A stretch of 64,000 nt of DNA from Batkoa obscura (Eukaryota). Of this stretch, positions 59,393 through 64,000 are shown in pieces (the first letter of the stretch is position 1; every line of letters begins with the position of its first letter). The notes under the pieces were generated by a model, which saw only the letters and a program-made list of their open reading frames with translations, did not search any database and was not told the origin of the DNA. The translations under genes and the position numbers were made by a program. The stretch lies in assembly GCA_030770535.1 (NCBI GenBank), contig JASVEC010000015.1:930001-994000 (forward strand). The letters run 5' to 3'.

Positions 59393-60378
59393 TTATAATT
59401 TAACTTGAAGTCCATTTTTATCTCCAGGTTCATTAAAATCAATATGTAAGTTTACAAACTTAAGAATCTCTGCTTTATAGATCGCTTTTGTGGGTATGAA
59501 ATGACTAATAGAAAATAAAATGTATTCATAATAAAGATGATAAGAATTACCCTCCCTCATGAGTTAATAGAGTGGCGTTATCATATCTTTCTTTTAATTT
59601 TAGTGAGTTTGCTACATAAGATTAGTAACTATTTGTATAAAAAAAGAAACTATTACCTGGTAAAACCAAGTCATCTCTTTCGCCAATAATAAACAACGAA
59701 GGGATGGTTGAGTTTTTTTTATAATAGTCTAATACCCTTTCATCTCTTGGAAGGAAACCAGAGACAATAATATTAAACTTAAATAAATTTATACTATTAT
59801 ATTTTTGTTTAATTTCCTCAATATCTTCTTCAATCATTTTGGATATTATACTAGCCATTATTCCTCCTAATTTGCTGTTTAATTCTATTTTTTAACTTTT
59901 GTTTTTCTATTTTACCTTGTGAAAAACCCAATATACCGTCAAATGGACCCTGTTTCTATTATTAAAAATGTTAAAAGTAAACTATATAAACATTACGTTT
60001 TCGTTTATAAACTTTAATAAATAATCCACCGACTCGTCTAGCCCGTCATAAACATTACTATTTCTTATAAACCAAGCTAATTGCTTTTCATTTTCTTTAA
60101 ATTTATATTAGTTGATTGTTTTCTAGATCTGTTTTATCTTTTATTTACCATCTCCTATACTGTTACCACTATATTTTTTTATTTCTTCTTTATCCGTCAA
60201 CTCGAAAGGAGCATCAATAAACTCTAACTTTATTAATAAGCTATTCTGGACTAAATTTTAACTACTTACGAAACTCACAGTGATTTTTTAAACTTTTTCT
60301 CAAAGCCCCGCATTTTTTTTCAAATACATTCTTGTTTTGTGTATAGCCATGTAACATCAATAATCTTAATTTACTCAT
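59393..60378 (-). CDS. FSH1/OVCA2-family serine hydrolase, multi-exon
   Basis: LRLLMLHGYTQN...F, FIDAPF, GPFDGILGFSQGG (nucleophile), IVSGF, PSLFIIGERD, HEGGHFIP. Confidence 0.9.
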
Positions 60379-60906
60379 TGTTTTAATGTATTGATTTATA
60401 TAAAGAACTTTTTAGAAGATTGTGATAAAACCTTTACTTTATTAGAATTTTGGCTTTTATTTGTGCATTATTAATCATAATTATATTCTATTACTAATTA
60501 TAATTTATTAATACAATTTCGGCTTTAGTAAGGGTAGTTTTAACATACTACAAAGAAAGTATATTACTTTATTGATATCTGATTCTATAACGTATAGCAG
60601 TTTAATATATAATACATAGCAACCTAAAATTTATTTAGTATTAGTAATAATTTAATATATTAAATTAATTAATTAGTTAATTTACTACAATTTATAAATT
60701 GTAAGTTCCAAAAAGAACTCAAAATAACGGCAAAAGCCAATAAAATAGCATGATGAAGTCAATAAAGAATACTAATAAAATTAGTAAATAAAACTCCATT
60801 ATTTCATTTTTACTTGAAGTTTTTTAATTTAAATAATCTTTATCTTAAAATTTTAGAAGTTTAAAGAATTACATTGAAATTAGCGTTAAAATCTATTTAT
60901 TAATCT

Positions 60907-63560
60907 ATGGAAGAACAATTGGAAGTGGTTTATGCTATTCACGAGTTTGATGCTAGTGTTGAAGATGAAATCTCTTTAATTGCAGGTGAAAAGATTTGGG
61001 TCATTGAAAAGGACGAGTTATATAACGATGGTTGGTGGCAGGTAACTATTTTTATGTTATTTTCTAACTTAGAAAATTGGTTTTTTTATTAATTTCTCGT
61101 TATTAACCAATTTTAGGGTAAAAATAGCCGGGGAGAAGTCGGACTATTTCCGATGAACTTTATTTCTTATAAAGACCCAAACCAAAATAATCCCGGTGTT
61201 GATCGATATGCTAATTTATTGCTCGAAAATGAAGGTAATTTAAAAAACATACTTATTGTTATTCTAAAATATTAATTTGTACAAAAAGAACAAGCGAGCA
61301 ATAATAAAAAAGAATATAGCAAATTAGGTGGCAGATTAAGTGATCCTATTAATGAAGACGCAAAAAGAGATTCATTTCAAAATTTCATTCAAGAAGAAGG
61401 ACTTAGTCATTATGATTCAAGAGAAGGAAGTAATTATTCGCCATTAGCACCAGCCTTGATACTAAATAATGCAACTAATAATAACGACACAAATAACAAT
61501 CATAATAATATAGAATTGAATAACAATAATGATAATTTGATAAGACATAATTCTACTAAAGTGAGATCCAATCAAAACATAACTGATAATGAAGGTCATA
61601 AACGTACTTTCACTTCAAATAATCCTTTAACCCCAAATCGCTCCTCGTTTCGTAATTCTGTTCGCTTATCTCATATTGATGATGTCCACACTGACCCTTC
61701 CCAATCTCATCCGAAATTGTGGTCTAATAATGAAGTATGTGATTGGTTGGAAAGGGCTGGATTTCAAAGTGTTATTAGTTTATTTAAAGGTAACAACAAT
61801 ACAATAGAGTCATGGTATTATAGTATTAATATTAAATATTATTTAGAACATGAGATAACGGGAAAAGAATTGACAGAGTTAGATTTGAATACATTAAAAG
61901 ATATTGGGATATTGGCCTTTGGAAAAAGATTCAACCTAAATAACTCAATCAACTCACTCAAAGTGAAGTATAACATTACATCACTTAATCATTCAGATTC
62001 AACCAAAAATAACATGGACCACGTTTACAATATGTATTCTGGAGATTCTAATCTAACTTCCCCTATTAAATCTGATATTAGTCAAAATAATAATGTAACA
62101 GAACAAGTAATTTTAATATAATTTAGGTTATTTAAGATAAATATTTATAACGAGCTATTAGATAAACAAAGATAGAGATATCTATCCAGTTGAAGAAAGA
62201 AAACCTACCAATTTGGAATCAAGTTTAAAAAATTTAAATTTAAATAATAATATTGAAAATCCGAACAGTCATAGTCATATTGAAAAATGGTTACAGCAAA
62301 CACCTGATTTTGATTATGATCATGATTTATTAAAGGTAAGATATCTTGTTTAGTAATGATGATATATTTTAACCAATTAACTAATTAGGAAGCTGGTATT
62401 TCTTCACCCTCTGACTTACAAAGTATACTTTCAGGAAAATCAAAAGACAAAGAAAAGGAACAAGAAGAATCAGGCTCAGAGTCAAATGAATCTTCAAACG
62501 AAGAAGAGCAAGAAGAATCCAATTATAATGAAATATCACCCGCCGTATCATCCAAATCACCAACTTTACCCAATAATGCGTTACATAACAACTCATTAGA
62601 ATATAAATTCCCTGCTTTCATCCCAAAAACTGATAACCAATTAAAGAAACAGGTATCCTTTTCCCAAAATTTACCAGAAGTAAGATTGAATTCAATGGAT
62701 AGACATTTATTTATTTATTTATTTTACAGGTTATTGGTACAAGTGAAATAGTAGAATCTGACAATGAATCTGAGGATGAGAATCAAATGTCACTTACTAA
62801 AGTAATTTATTATTGTTTTATAATTTTTATAATATAATTAACACATAACAGAAAGCTTCATTATCTGCATCAAAATTGTTTAATAATGAAAAAAGGTAAA
62901 GATATAACAGTAATTTAATAAAAAATAGCTAATACAATTAAATAGGAAAGTACCACCATCAAATAAAGCTAAAAATGGTACTGATAATAATAATAATGAC
63001 CATACCTTTAATATAGAAAATAACAAAAGCTATACAGTGGAACCGGATACCACAAATAACTATATAAGTAATGGTGATGACAGTACGATAACGGTACAAG
63101 GTAGTTTAAAGAAACAAGAGGGAGCGATCAAGCTATGGAAGAGTCGTTATTGTGTATTAAATGGGACAGATTTAAAGATTTATGATACATTTAAGTTAAA
63201 GAAATTGAAATTAAGTATAAATTTAAAGGGTTATAAACCAGTTTTAGACCCAAATCTTAATCCTGGAAAATATTGTTTTAAGCTAGTGCATCAACATAAT
63301 AAATCACATTATTTTTGCTCGGATGAAGCTGAGGAAATAAGAGCTTGGATGAAAGCTCTCATGAAAATTTCAATTGATAGGGATACAAATGGTAATAAGT
63401 TTTATTACATTATTAAATCTGTATTTAGTGCTTATCATTTACCATAGCTCCAGTAGTCACATCATGTACTGTTAACACAGTACCTCTACACGTAGCACGT
63501 AAATTAGCTCCAAGGCCACCATCAGCAATGTACTCAAATGGTGAAGAAGAAGAAGATTAA
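60907..63560 (+). CDS. SH3-SAM-PH polarity scaffold (Boi1/Boi2/Pob1 family), multi-exon
   Basis: SH3 (VYAIHEFDA..EDEISL...YNDGWWQG.N.RGEVGLFP), SAM (WSNNEVCDWL...HEITGKEL), PH (WKSRYCVL...WMKALMKISIDRD), then PVVTSCTVNTVPL..AR. Confidence 0.92.
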
Positions 63561-64000
63561 GCTATAAGATTATTATTATATAAAAAAGGATCGCATTTTA
63601 ATATTCTTAATAACTAACCTAGTTATATATATTTTTATATTATATATAAAAAAGACATTTAATATTAATTTGTTTTAATGAGTCTCTTTTTTTCGCTATT
63701 TTATTTTATGGTTTTATTTTATGCCTAGAAAATAACCTCCCTCTCTCCTCTACTTGTCTCTCTCTTATTTTTAGCTTAGTAATTTTAATCTATTTTCCTA
63801 TTCTTTTCTATAAAGTAAATAGTTTCTATTTTATAACTTATTCCAACTTTTAATTTAAGATAAAAATTAAATTGAAACATTTGTCTAAAAACTAGTCAAT
63901 TAAAAGCAAATTTTAAGCTCCACTAATAAAACTCATTTAAAAGCCACATTTAAAAATAAAGTGAAAGATTTTATCATAGCTATAATAATATAATACAATA

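Noticed and set aside
59393..59404. Peroxisomal PTS1 at the FSH1 C-terminus (VKL)
   Set aside because: Val at position -3 is not a canonical PTS1 residue; insufficient support.
2081..63560. Functional cluster of trafficking and polarity genes (VPS37, GTR2, CHC1, twinfilin, BORCS6, TAO3, Sec7-PH, BOI)
   Set aside because: Interspersed with unrelated housekeeping genes; these categories are large, so chance co-location is sufficient.
1..64000. Alternative genetic code or stop-codon readthrough
   Set aside because: Every ORF break examined is explained by a GT-AG intron or a 1-nt deletion. TAA, TAG and TGA all serve as terminal stops.

Overview
Very AT-rich eukaryotic genomic DNA with many 40-65 nt GT-AG introns. 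Gene content points to a fungus, probably an early-diverging (zygomycete-grade) lineage; this is an inference. The window holds about 23 protein genes: ERO1, VPS37, GTR2, a GH72/GAS glucanosyltransferase, an alkaline ceramidase, DUF2015, CHC1, MRPS8, RPL34, TIM21, twinfilin, a cytochrome P450, an NRG1-like zinc finger, an AT-hook orphan, BORCS6-like, an SDR, TAO3, POL12, a DnaJ-X protein, a Sec7-PH GEF, CK2-beta, FSH1, BOI and two unknown membrane proteins. There are two tRNA genes (Ala-AGC, Ser-GCT). The main structure not explained by genes is a mobile-element island at about 20.9-33.1 kb. It contains 16 copies (14 near full-length) of a ~98-bp MITE with mostly GRG...CYC termini and 4-bp AWWT target-site duplications (Sola-like signature), arranged as inverted pairs and a tandem dimer. 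One copy supplies the first Pol III terminator of tRNA-Ala. Two inverted ~460-bp solo LTRs lie in the same island, and a separate TTAA-flanked piggyBac-like MITE lies at 36.7 kb. Five single-base deletions break conserved genes and are most likely consensus errors. All calls are by eye; no searches were run.
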